DNA of 64,000 nt from positions 692-64,691 of the forward strand of contig JAFGOT010000035.1 of NCBI GenBank assembly GCA_016926395.1. The letters run 5' to 3'. The DNA is from Candidatus Woesearchaeota archaeon. GTDB taxonomy: Archaea; Nanobdellota; Nanobdellia; Woesearchaeales; SKGA01. Position numbers and translations under genes: made by a program. Positions 1 to 8,871 of this stretch are shown piece after piece; the stretch's first letter is position 1; each line of letters opens with the position of its first letter. Under the pieces are notes generated by a model. It saw nothing but the letters and a program-made list of their open reading frames with translations, ran no database searches and was not told the DNA's origin.

Positions 1-108
1 GCTACTGCAGGTGCAATTAAAAAGGTTGAAGAAGCAGGCGGTAAGGTAGAACTTATCGTTAATGAACAACCAGCTTCAGTTGAAGAAGCAGAAGAAGACT
101 CTGAATAG
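1..108 (+). CDS. rpl15: 50S ribosomal protein uL15, C-terminal fragment (truncated by window edge)
   Basis: Frame 1 reads ATAGAIKKVEEAGGKVELI...EEDSE* (TAG 106-108). The 'KVEEAGGKV' motif is typical of the uL15 C-terminus, and the gene lies directly upstream of secY. Confidence 0.9.
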   Translation, partial: ATAGAIKKVEEAGGKVELIVNEQPASVEEAEEDSE

Positions 109-233
109 AGTTTTTTTTTTATTTTTCCTTTTTATTTTTTTGCTATAAATATTTATTGGGTTTGTTTAAGACATAGTTTTTTAAACAATCAAAACGATTA
201 CAATTACATATTCCTGAGAAGGGGTTTTTAATC

Positions 234-1586
234 ATGGTTACATTCGATAAAATTTTACAGTTAATCCCCGAGGTTAAAGGTCCTACACAAAAGCACCTTT
301 CCTTCAGACAAAAGTTAAAATGGACTGGCATAGTTTTATTAATCTTTTTTATGCTTGGAGCCACACACCTATTTGGTTTGGGTGATAACGCTTTATCTCA
401 ATTTGAGTATCTTAGTGTTGTTCTTGGTGCAAGTTTTGGTTCCATTATTTCCTTAGGTATTGGTCCTATTGTTACTGCTTCTATTGTATTACAATTGTTA
501 AATGGTGCAGGTATTGTTGGTTTTGATCTAACAACTCATGAAGGTAAAAGTCGATTTCAAGGAGTTCAAAAATTATTAACCTATTTTTTCATAATTCTTG
601 AAGCAGCCATTTATGTTTTAATGGGTGGTCTAAGTCCTATGCCTGGTATTCCTGCTATTGTAATAATTATTCAAATGGTTATTGGTGGTCTTCTAATAGT
701 ATTTTTAGATGATATAATCAATAAGTGGGGCTTTGGTAGTGGTACTTCTTTATTTATTGCTGCTGGTGTTTCACAACAGATTTTCATCCAAGCATTCAGT
801 CCTCTTCATCCAACTCAAGGCGGTGTTGTTAATGCTGATGCCTTTGTTGGTGCAGTTCCTCAATTGTTTAATGCTCTTTCCGCAGGTCTTCCTCAAGAAG
901 CAGCTTTAGCGTTAGGTTCTATAATTGCAACTTTAGTTATTTTTGGAGTTGTTGTATTTGCCCAATCTATGAAAGTAGAGATACCTCTTTCTTTTGGAAG
1001 AATTAGAGGTCATGGTATAAGATGGCCGCTTAACTTTGTTTACACAAATGTTATTCCTGTTATCTTAGTATCTGCTTTGGTTGCTAACATTCAATTGTTT
1101 GGTCAGTTACTTGCAAACAGAGGTCATGTTTGGTTAAATTCAGTCGTTCCCTTTATTAGAAATACTAATCTTTTAGCGCACATTTCCCAAGGAACTTTAA
1201 CGCCTTTGATAATTATTCAAAGCGTAACTTACATGTTGTTTTTTATCAGCTTGTCGGTAGTTTTTTCTTGGTTCTGGATGCAAACTTCAGGTCTTGATCC
1301 TAAAAGTCAAGCAAAACAAATGATGAGTTCAGGTTTACAAATTCCTGGCTTCAGAAAAGACGCAAGAGTACTTGAACGTTTACTAAAAAAATACATTTAT
1401 CCGTTAACTGTGATGGGTGGTATTTTTATTGGTTTATTGGCATCGCTTGCTAACATGACTGGAACGTTTGGTAGTGGTACTGGTTTGTTGTTAACTGTAA
1501 TGATTATTTACAAACTGTACGAAGATATTGCTAAACAGCACATGGAAGATATGAATCCTATGATGCGTAAAATGATGGGAAAATAA
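234..1586 (+). CDS. secY: Preprotein translocase subunit SecY (archaeal Sec61alpha-like)
   Basis: Motifs KLKWT, LGIGPIVTASIVLQLL, KWGFGSGTSLFI, IPGFR and GTGLLLTV; about 10 TM segments; spc-operon position. Confidence 0.98.
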   Translation: MVTFDKILQLIPEVKGPTQKHLSFRQKLKWTGIVLLIFFMLGATHLFGLGDNALSQFEYLSVVLGASFGSIISLGIGPIVTASIVLQLLNGAGIVGFDLTTHEGKSRFQGVQKLLTYFFIILEAAIYVLMGGLSPMPGIPAIVIIIQMVIGGLLIVFLDDIINKWGFGSGTSLFIAAGVSQQIFIQAFSPLHPTQGGVVNADAFVGAVPQLFNALSAGLPQEAALALGSIIATLVIFGVVVFAQSMKVEIPLSFGRIRGHGIRWPLNFVYTNVIPVILVSALVANIQLFGQLLANRGHVWLNSVVPFIRNTNLLAHISQGTLTPLIIIQSVTYMLFFISLSVVFSWFWMQTSGLDPKSQAKQMMSSGLQIPGFRKDARVLERLLKKYIYPLTVMGGIFIGLLASLANMTGTFGSGTGLLLTVMIIYKLYEDIAKQHMEDMNPMMRKMMGK

Positions 1587-1703
1587 TTCTTCTCACTTTT
1601 TTTACTTTTTTATTTTTGTGTGATTAACATCAATATTGATTTGGGTGTTTATAATTGCTTTTTTGATACTCAAAAAATAATTTCATTTAAGAGGTAATAA
1701 ATA

Positions 1704-2483
1704 ATGACTTTTTTTGATACTGCTTTGGATCCAATTCTTAGACCTTTACTTACTTTAGGTCCTCTTTTAACTATTTTGATCATCAGTTTGATTGTTTCTC
1801 TTATTACTACTTTTATCTATAAGTATGCTACGGATCAAACAAAGTTACGAAAACTAAAGGCGGATATGAAACGTTATCAAAAAAAAGCAATGGCTTCAAA
1901 GGATGATCCTGAAAAAGCAATGAAAATGCAAAAAGAAATGATGAAGTTAAATGGAGAATACATGCGTTCTTCAATGAAATCTATGCTTTATACTTTCTTG
2001 CCAATATTATTATTTTTTGGTTGGCTTGGTGCTAATCTTGCTTTTGCTCCTATCGTGCCTGGTGTTCCATTTAATGTCTCTGCAACTTTTGAAAGTGGTG
2101 TTTCTGGTTCTGTTGATTTAGTTTTACCTGTTGGTTTAACAATGAGTGATAATTTAACCAAACCTGTTCAAGAAGTTGTTTCTTGGAATAATATTTCTGG
2201 TCCTGCTGGAACTTATGATTTAAGCGTAATCCACAGTAGTGGTGAAGAGCAATTTTTTTCTGTTTTAATAACGGATAAACAAAAGTATGTTTCTCCTGAG
2301 CATTTATTAGAATCTGATATTTTTAAATCAGTTAATGTTGGTAATAAAAAGCTCTATCTTTTTAGATCGATTCCTGTTTTTAACAAAATACCTCTTATAA
2401 AGAATTTTAATTGGTTTTGGACATACTTCTTGTTCTCAATTATCTTTTCCACCACTTTAAGAAAAGTGCTTAAATTGGCTTAA
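1704..2483 (+). CDS. DUF106/EMC3-TMCO1 (Oxa1 superfamily) membrane insertase with a beta-rich insertion
   Basis: TM1, Met/Lys-rich coiled coil, TM2, then C-terminal WFWTYFLFSIIFS..LRKVL. Conserved position after secY; SD GAGGT upstream. Confidence 0.85.
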   Translation: MTFFDTALDPILRPLLTLGPLLTILIISLIVSLITTFIYKYATDQTKLRKLKADMKRYQKKAMASKDDPEKAMKMQKEMMKLNGEYMRSSMKSMLYTFLPILLFFGWLGANLAFAPIVPGVPFNVSATFESGVSGSVDLVLPVGLTMSDNLTKPVQEVVSWNNISGPAGTYDLSVIHSSGEEQFFSVLITDKQKYVSPEHLLESDIFKSVNVGNKKLYLFRSIPVFNKIPLIKNFNWFWTYFLFSIIFSTTLRKVLKLA

Positions 2484-2584
2484 ATCGCGTGTTTTAACGC
2501 ACTTTTTCTTTTCTAATTTTTCGGGAAGCTTTATAAATGGTCTTTAATTCTTGTACCTTACTTAAATTACAGAAGGTAATAACT

Positions 2585-2854
2585 ATGCCAAGAGGTATGT
2601 TTAAATCAAGAACCCTACGACGTGTTTTTAGACGTCTACCATCCGGTAAGTCTGAATTACGTTACGAACAAAGAAACCCTTCTGTTGCTCATTGTGCGAG
2701 ATGCGGATCTCAGTTGCACGGTATGCCTCGAATTCGAGCTTCCAAATTAGCAAGCGTTCCTAAATCTCAAAAAAGACCTGAGCGACCGTACGGTGGAGTT
2801 CTTTGTAGTCGATGTCAACGTGACATGATCAAAGTAGAGGCGAGAGAAGAATAA
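2585..2854 (+). CDS. rpl34e: 50S ribosomal protein eL34
   Basis: CARCG...RPERPYGGVLCSRC zinc motif; ATG 2585 follows an AGGT SD. Confidence 0.95.
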   Translation: MPRGMFKSRTLRRVFRRLPSGKSELRYEQRNPSVAHCARCGSQLHGMPRIRASKLASVPKSQKRPERPYGGVLCSRCQRDMIKVEAREE

Positions 2855-2925
2855 TTTTCTTATTCCGTCTCTAGGATGAGGGCGACCCATCCTGGCGAAA
2901 AAACAAGAGAAGGAGATCACAAAAA

Positions 2926-3237
2926 ATGATTTTTGAAATTGGAACTGTTTGTGTTAAACTTGCAGGAAGAGATGCTGGAAAACGTTGTGTTATTGTAGAT
3001 ACAATTGATGATTCTTTTGTACTTATCGATGGTCAAACACGGCGACGAAAGTGTAATGTTTGTCACTTAGAACCTACTAAACAAAAGTTAAGTATTTCTA
3101 AAGGTGCAGATTCCTCTGCTGTTAAGTCTGCTTTTAAAGAAATTGGTGTTGAAGTACTTGATGTTAAATCAAAAAAAGTTTCTGATAGACCAGTTAAAGC
3201 ACACAGACAACATGATAAACCCGCTAAGAAAAAATAA
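2926..3237 (+). CDS. rpl14e: 50S ribosomal protein eL14
   Basis: KOW motif GTVCVKLAGRDAGKRCVIVD and RRKCNVCHLEP; SD AGGAG upstream. Confidence 0.95.
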   Translation: MIFEIGTVCVKLAGRDAGKRCVIVDTIDDSFVLIDGQTRRRKCNVCHLEPTKQKLSISKGADSSAVKSAFKEIGVEVLDVKSKKVSDRPVKAHRQHDKPAKKK

Positions 3238-3256
3238 ATCTTAGCTTTTTACTTTT

Positions 3257-3571
3257 TTATTTCTTTTCAAATCTATCTTTATCTCTTCCATAACATTTGT
3301 CCATCACTTTTGAAAAAGCTGTTTCAAGGTCTATTTCTAAAGAATTTGCAAGACAAGACAGTGTGAACAAAATATCTCCAATTTCTAAACCTAGTTCTTG
3401 GGTTTCTTCTGTTGATTTCTTTTTTTTCGGACCGTACATGTGGTTTACTTCACGTGCTAATTCGCCTGTTTCCTCCATTAGCCGAACCATTATTTCATGC
3501 GGTTTCCAGTACCCTATTTTGTGAAGTTGTATCCATTCATCTACTTCTTGTTGCATATTTTTCAGTGTCAT
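3257..3571 (-). CDS. MazG-like NTP pyrophosphohydrolase (YpjD-like)
   Basis: RLMEETGELAREVNH and EIGDILF metal-binding motifs; C-terminal RDKDRF. Confidence 0.9.
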   Translation of the reverse strand: MTLKNMQQEVDEWIQLHKIGYWKPHEIMVRLMEETGELAREVNHMYGPKKKKSTEETQELGLEIGDILFTLSCLANSLEIDLETAFSKVMDKCYGRDKDRFEKK

Positions 3572-3605
3572 ACACTGTTTTTTTCTCAGAACTATTTATT
3601 TTTTT

Positions 3606-4190
3606 CTAGAATGAGTTTGTTTTTCTATCAATACTTATGTTGCATACGTACTCTTTGTTGTTTATTGTGATTGTTTCTATTTTTTGTTGTCTTTTTAGCT
3701 CTGATAAGTATCTGTAAAACGTTGCTTTCGAGCAGTATCTGTACTTGTCAACAATTATTTCTTTTACGTTTTTTGATGTTGTTCTTTGTTTAGATGCAAT
3801 GGCTAAGATTTTTTGTTTTATTATTGTTTTTTTATTTTTTGCAACACTTTTTATGATTTCTTTTTCTAATGAATCCACATATTCCTCATGTGCTATTGGT
3901 GTTTTCTCTTCTTTTTTTTCTTCTAGCATTATGTAGCTTTCTTCTTCGGGTTGCAAAAATAGTTCTTTTGTTGTCGCTTCGATTTTTTGATTTTCTATTT
4001 TTTCTTCAAGCGCTTCTTGTTTTTTTAGAATTGTTTGATGATATGTTTTTTGCTGTTCAGTTATTTTTAATAGCTGATTTTGCAATTTTAAAATTTGTTT
4101 GGTTAAAATTTCGAGTCTTTCGTCTCTACTATTTGTTTCTTTTCCCACACTAAACAAATCCCTCATCCAATGATGTAATTTCTTTTTCAT
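3606..4190 (-). CDS. Coiled-coil protein with predicted C-terminal winged helix-turn-helix domain
   Basis: N-terminal heptad region. The C-terminal IKQKILAIA...CSKATFYRYLSELKRQQKIETITINNKEYV resembles an HTH recognition helix followed by a beta wing. Confidence 0.65.
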   Translation of the reverse strand: MKKKLHHWMRDLFSVGKETNSRDERLEILTKQILKLQNQLLKITEQQKTYHQTILKKQEALEEKIENQKIEATTKELFLQPEEESYIMLEEKKEEKTPIAHEEYVDSLEKEIIKSVAKNKKTIIKQKILAIASKQRTTSKNVKEIIVDKYRYCSKATFYRYLSELKRQQKIETITINNKEYVCNISIDRKTNSF

Positions 4191-4207
4191 ATTTAAATTT
4201 TACTCGC

Positions 4208-4385
4208 CAGTCTCATTTTTTGAGACTGAGACTCATCCGATACTGTATTGAGACTGTTTTTTGAGACTTTTGACTGAGACTGAGACTGTTAATTTGATTT
4301 TTCCATAGGAAATAAGGGGGTGTCTCATTTTTTTTATTTTGGGACTGAGACTGTCTCATTTTGAGACTGGGACTGCTTTGAGACT
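4208..4385. repeat. Array of TGAGAC/GTCTCA hexamer repeats (direct, tandem and inverted)
   Basis: TGAGAC at 4221, 4227, 4249, 4262, 4275, 4281, 4346, 4362 and 4379; GTCTCA at 4210, 4322 and 4353; TGGGAC variants at 4340 and 4368. Confidence 0.95.
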
Positions 4386-4475
4386 ATCTAAGCTTGATTT
4401 GGTTCTTTTGCCTTTTTTTCTCTATTTTTTTCATTTTTTGACTTTTTGCGCATCACTGGACATTTACTCATAAGG

Positions 4476-4483
4476 TATATAAA
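4476..4483 (+). promoter_or_regulatory. Putative TATA box of the small gene-radA operon
   Basis: TATATAAA about 90 nt upstream of ATG 4575; SD AGGAGG at 4561-4566. Confidence 0.6.
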
Positions 4484-4574
4484 CAAGCCACTCTATTCGT
4501 TCTTGTATGGTAAAACCCCCTCGTCAGAGTCTCTGGCGGGTGAAATAAGAAGGGAAACCAAGGAGGAAATAACC

Positions 4575-4853
4575 ATGGAAAATATACATTTAGATAAAAA
4601 TAAACCCGAAAAAACGTTCAGAGCAAGTCCAATTGCGGCAACCATTTGGGTTAATGAAGCAACCAGCAAGGATGGTGAAAAATCATTCTACAGAACGATT
4701 TCTTTAGAAAGAAGCTTTAAGGATAAAGAAGGTGCTTGGCAAAAAACATCTTCGCTAAGAACTAACGATTTGCCTAAAGCAATTTTGGTCTTAAACAAAT
4801 CATATGAATATATTGCCTTAAAAGAAGAAGGCGAAACAATACTTGAGGAATAG
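4575..4853 (+). CDS. Small conserved-looking protein, putative ssDNA-binding (PC4/Whirly-like beta-sheet plus helix)
   Basis: AGGAGG SD. The pattern ATIW..N...TISLERSFKDKEGAWQKTSSLRTNDLP ends in a helix, and the stop codon abuts radA. The fold is inferred. Confidence 0.55.
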   Translation: MENIHLDKNKPEKTFRASPIAATIWVNEATSKDGEKSFYRTISLERSFKDKEGAWQKTSSLRTNDLPKAILVLNKSYEYIALKEEGETILEE

Positions 4854-5795
4854 ATGAAGATGTCAAAAGAGTTAACAATTGAAGATTTACCTGGTGTAGG
4901 TTCCGCTACTGCCGAAAAATTAGCTTCCTCTGGTTTTGATAATCCTATGGCAATTGCTGTAGCAACTCCTGGCGAACTTTCCGACGCGGCTGGCGTTACT
5001 GAAGCCGCTGCTAGAAAAATGATTCAAGCAGCACGTTCCATGATGGACATGGGTTTTCAATCAGGAGAAGATTTACTTAATAAACGAGAAAGGGTTATAA
5101 AAATTAAAACTGGAAGTCAAAGTTTTGATACTATGCTTAACGGTGGTTTTGAAACAGGAGCTATAACAGAATGTTTTGGTCAATATGGTAGTTCTAAAAC
5201 TCAACTGGCGCATATTCTTTGTGTTAGTATTCAAGCTCAAGAAAAGGACGCTGTGGCTGTTTATATTGACACAGAGAACACTTTTAGACCTGAAAGAATT
5301 ATTCAGATTGCCGCGGGCTTTGGTTTAGATCCTAAAGAAGTACTTCAAAATATTAAAGTTGCAAGAGCATTTAATTCTGATCACCAGATGCTTTTAGCAG
5401 AAAAAGTAGATGATTTAGTTAAAGAAGGACATAAAGTTCGTTTGGTTGTTGTAGATTCTTTGACTGCACATTTTAGAGCAGAGTTTGTTGGAAGAGGAAC
5501 TTTGGCTGAACGTCAGCAAAAGCTAAACAAACATATGCATGTTCTTGCTAAATTTGCTGATTTGAATAACGCCTGTGTTTATGTTACCAATCAAGTGATG
5601 TCAAAGCCCGATGCTTTTTTTGGAGATCCGACAGAAGCTATTGGAGGAAACATTGTAGCTCACAATAGTACTTTTCGAATTTATTTAAGAAAAGGGAAAA
5701 AAGGAACGAGGGTTGGAAAATTAGTTGACAGTCCAAATCTTCCTGATGCAGAATGCGTCTATGAAGTTGTGACAGAAGGAATTAAAGACGTTTAA
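4854..5795 (+). CDS. radA: DNA repair and recombination protein RadA
   Basis: N-terminal HhH (IEDLPGVG), Walker A GQYGSSKT, YIDTENTFRPER, VVDSL and LAERQQKL. Confidence 0.97.
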   Translation: MKMSKELTIEDLPGVGSATAEKLASSGFDNPMAIAVATPGELSDAAGVTEAAARKMIQAARSMMDMGFQSGEDLLNKRERVIKIKTGSQSFDTMLNGGFETGAITECFGQYGSSKTQLAHILCVSIQAQEKDAVAVYIDTENTFRPERIIQIAAGFGLDPKEVLQNIKVARAFNSDHQMLLAEKVDDLVKEGHKVRLVVVDSLTAHFRAEFVGRGTLAERQQKLNKHMHVLAKFADLNNACVYVTNQVMSKPDAFFGDPTEAIGGNIVAHNSTFRIYLRKGKKGTRVGKLVDSPNLPDAECVYEVVTEGIKDV

Positions 5796-5856
5796 TTCTT
5801 TTTTATTTCTCTTTTTTTCTATATCTTTTTAAAGTCTAGTTAACTTTATTCTTCTT

Positions 5857-6906
5857 ATGATACCTTTAAAACTTGATTTTAATCATAATATCGTTTCGTT
5901 AAAAGTTTCTTTACCAGACGATTTATGGTACTTGTCTCATATCATTGCAGTAAATGACAGTATGACTATGAAGACGGAGCGAAAAATCAAATTAGGAGGG
6001 TCAGATACAAACGCTAAAGTTGTAAAAAAAATTATTGTTTTGACAATAACAGTTGAAGATATTTCTTTTTCAGATGATTCTTCTCAACTTCGTGTCAAAG
6101 GCAAAGTAACTCAAGGCCCTGAAGACGTTCCTCATGGCTCATATCATACTTTTGGAATTTCCGTTAATGATACTTTCACTCTTGTGAAACCTTCTTGGCC
6201 AAATTTTACTATGTCTCGACTTGACGAAGCAATAAAAAATAGGGATGATGTTATTTTATTTGTTTTATATGATCGTGAACAAGTTCTTTTTTCTTCTCTT
6301 AGACAAACAGGCATCCAACATCTTGGAGAGCAAAAAGGTGATGTTCAAAAAAAACAATTTGATTCTTCTTCTTCAACCGTTTTTTATGATGATATTCTTA
6401 AACAGACTCAACTTTATGATGAACAACTAAAACCAAAAAGTGTTGTTTTTGCTACTGCAAATTTTTTTAAGTCTTATGTTGAAAAAAAACTTCCTGATTC
6501 ACTAAAGAAAAAATCTTTTTTTATTGAATCGACTGTTGTTTCTAAATCTGTTGTTAGTAAACTTCTTTCAAGACCTGAACTTCAAAATATTCTCGCAAGT
6601 CAAAGACTTCAATCGGAGGTGTTGTTTGTCGATGAAGTGTTAAAAGAACTTAACAAAGACATGGTTGCTTATGGTTTTGATGATGTTGTTGAATCAGCTA
6701 CTACGGGTGCTATTTCTTATTTAGGGTTAACTGAAACATTTCTAAAAAAATCACGAGAAGAAAATTTTTATGATGCTTTAGATATGTTATTACAACAAGT
6801 TGATTCATCTAATGCTAAAATAATTTTTATTTATGGTGATGATGCTAAAAAAACTATTGATGGTCTTGGCGGTATTGTAGGTGTTCTTAGATGGAAAGCA
6901 AATTAG
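5857..6906 (+). CDS. pelA: Pelota/Dom34 ribosome rescue factor
   Basis: DDLWYLSHII, LRVKGKV..GP, GSYHT, VAYG and LGGIVGVLRW. Confidence 0.92.
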   Translation: MIPLKLDFNHNIVSLKVSLPDDLWYLSHIIAVNDSMTMKTERKIKLGGSDTNAKVVKKIIVLTITVEDISFSDDSSQLRVKGKVTQGPEDVPHGSYHTFGISVNDTFTLVKPSWPNFTMSRLDEAIKNRDDVILFVLYDREQVLFSSLRQTGIQHLGEQKGDVQKKQFDSSSSTVFYDDILKQTQLYDEQLKPKSVVFATANFFKSYVEKKLPDSLKKKSFFIESTVVSKSVVSKLLSRPELQNILASQRLQSEVLFVDEVLKELNKDMVAYGFDDVVESATTGAISYLGLTETFLKKSREENFYDALDMLLQQVDSSNAKIIFIYGDDAKKTIDGLGGIVGVLRWKAN

Positions 6907-7760
6907 TTTTTGAATCAGAAATTATATCTTTAATTCAAGATAAACAAGAGTTAAAGTCTCTTGACAAAAGCTACATCAAAAAAATTCTTCTTTCAAATCT
7001 TTCAGATTCTATGATTAAAAAATTAAATTCATATTCTTCTTTTAAGCAATGTAAAAGGGGTAAAGTTTGTGGTGAATTAATTTCTCTAACAAGAAAAATT
7101 TTACGTGATCGTTATGGTGTTTTTATTAGAACTCCACTTTCTAATTACAAAAAGAAATTATTGTCTTTGTCTTCTTTTGATGATGATTACGTTGACTCTA
7201 TTCTGTCTTTTCATCAATCAACTTTTGAACGTTTGCCTTATTATTCTTCTTTCTATCCCTTGTTATTTAAAGAGCTTTTTTCTTTGGGTTTATCTGAGAA
7301 ATTTTCTTTAGGAGATTTTGCTTGCGGTTACAATCCTTTAGCGTATAAATATCTTCCTGTTAAGCCAACAAATTATTTCGCTTGTGATATTTCGTCTGAT
7401 GAAATGTCTCTGATTAATTCTTTTTTTGTAAATCAAAAAATTTCTGCTGAAGCTAGAAGCTTTGACTTGTTAAGTGATGATTTTTCTAATTTTATTTCCA
7501 ATCAAAAATTTGATGTTGTATTTTTATTGAAGGCTCTTGATTCTTTGGAGATTGTAAAAAAGCATTCTTCAAAAAAGTTATTGGATGCTATTAACACACA
7601 TTTTTTTGTTGTCTCTTTTCCTTTGGTTTCTATTGGTGGAAAAAATTCTATTGATTCAACTAAGCGTTCTTGGTTTGAAAAATTCTGTGAAAAACAATCG
7701 TGGTCTTATTCTACTTTAAGTGTTCCAAATGAGTTATTTTATGTAGTTAAGAAGGAGTAG
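6891..7760 (+). CDS. Rmt/ArmA/Sgm (FmrO)-family rRNA m7G methyltransferase homologue
   Basis: HQSTFERLP, DFACGYNPLA, DVVFLLKALDSLE, VVSFP..SIGG and NELFY match this family's motif series. Confidence 0.8.
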   Translation: MESKLVFESEIISLIQDKQELKSLDKSYIKKILLSNLSDSMIKKLNSYSSFKQCKRGKVCGELISLTRKILRDRYGVFIRTPLSNYKKKLLSLSSFDDDYVDSILSFHQSTFERLPYYSSFYPLLFKELFSLGLSEKFSLGDFACGYNPLAYKYLPVKPTNYFACDISSDEMSLINSFFVNQKISAEARSFDLLSDDFSNFISNQKFDVVFLLKALDSLEIVKKHSSKKLLDAINTHFFVVSFPLVSIGGKNSIDSTKRSWFEKFCEKQSWSYSTLSVPNELFYVVKKE

Positions 7761-7975
7761 TCATCTCTTGTTTAACTTTACGTGGTAACCTCTTGGAACT
7801 CCTGCTTAGAGAAGACGTCTCAACCCGTCTATTCTTTGAATTATGCTATTTCAGCCTAATTTCACAGTAATTTTTTGTAACTATTATTAGTGAGTTAAAA
7901 ACAGTAACATATAAATAGTAGTATTTGGTGTATGAATTTTGAAAAAGGGTGAGGCCTTTTTGGAGGGTAAATTAA

Positions 7976-8794
7976 ATGATTGTTAAAGAGGAATTTCTGA
8001 GCAAGCTACGGCGCTATTTTTCGCTAAATTTATACGAAGCGAAAGTTTGGACTGCTCTACTTTCTCGAGGGGTGAGTACAGCTGGTGAGTTATCGGACAT
8101 TGCTAATGTTCCAAGATCTCGAAGCTATGATGTTTTAGAGTCCCTTGAAAAAAAAGGATTTGTTGTTATGAAGATTGGTAAACCTATTAAGTACATCGCG
8201 GTACCTCCAAAAGAAGTTCTTGAACGGGTTAAAAAAAATCTTATGTCTACAACAGAGCAACACATTAAACAACTTGATGAGTTAAGAACTACTGAGTTAG
8301 TTGATGAACTTAATTCTCTTCACACACAAGGAGTTGAACTTGTTGAACCTACTGATTTGTCTGGTTCTCTAAGAGGTAGAATTAATCTTTACAACCACAT
8401 GGAATTTACTATTCGAAGTGCAGAAGAAACTGTTACTATGATGACAACTGCTCAAGGTTTAATCAGAAAAGCAGATTCTTTAAGACAAACATTTGAAGAG
8501 TTAAAGAAACGTGGTGTTGTTATACGAATTGCAGCTCCTCTAGATACTGAAGAAGCAAAACAAGTTGCTAAAGATTTAGAAGGAATTGCAGAAGTTAGAC
8601 ACATTGACCATATTAGCGCAAGATTTGTTATTGTTGATGGGAATGAAGTTATCTTCATGGTTATGAATGATGATGAAATCCACCCAACTTATGACATTGG
8701 TATTTGGGTTAATACGCCATTCTTTGCTTCCGCTTTGGAGCAACTATTTGAATTGGCATGGGTTACTCTTGAATCATCGGTAAAGGCTAAATAA
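7976..8794 (+). CDS. TrmB-family transcriptional regulator
   Basis: LNLYEAKVWTALL...VPRSRSYDVLESLEKKGFV HTH plus a C-terminal PLD-like effector domain (RFVIVDG). Confidence 0.92.
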   Translation: MIVKEEFLSKLRRYFSLNLYEAKVWTALLSRGVSTAGELSDIANVPRSRSYDVLESLEKKGFVVMKIGKPIKYIAVPPKEVLERVKKNLMSTTEQHIKQLDELRTTELVDELNSLHTQGVELVEPTDLSGSLRGRINLYNHMEFTIRSAEETVTMMTTAQGLIRKADSLRQTFEELKKRGVVIRIAAPLDTEEAKQVAKDLEGIAEVRHIDHISARFVIVDGNEVIFMVMNDDEIHPTYDIGIWVNTPFFASALEQLFELAWVTLESSVKAK

Positions 8795-8871
8795 GATGAT
8801 TTTTTATTTTTTTACAATTTTAAATGGCTTGGGTTTTTTGCCTAGTCATTTCTTTCTTGAGGTAATTAATT

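Noticed and set aside
4208..4385. CRISPR array or canonical Orc1/Cdc6 ORB origin
   Set aside because: The repeats are 6-8 bp with irregular spacing. There is no ORB consensus apart from one G-run and no cdc6 in the window.
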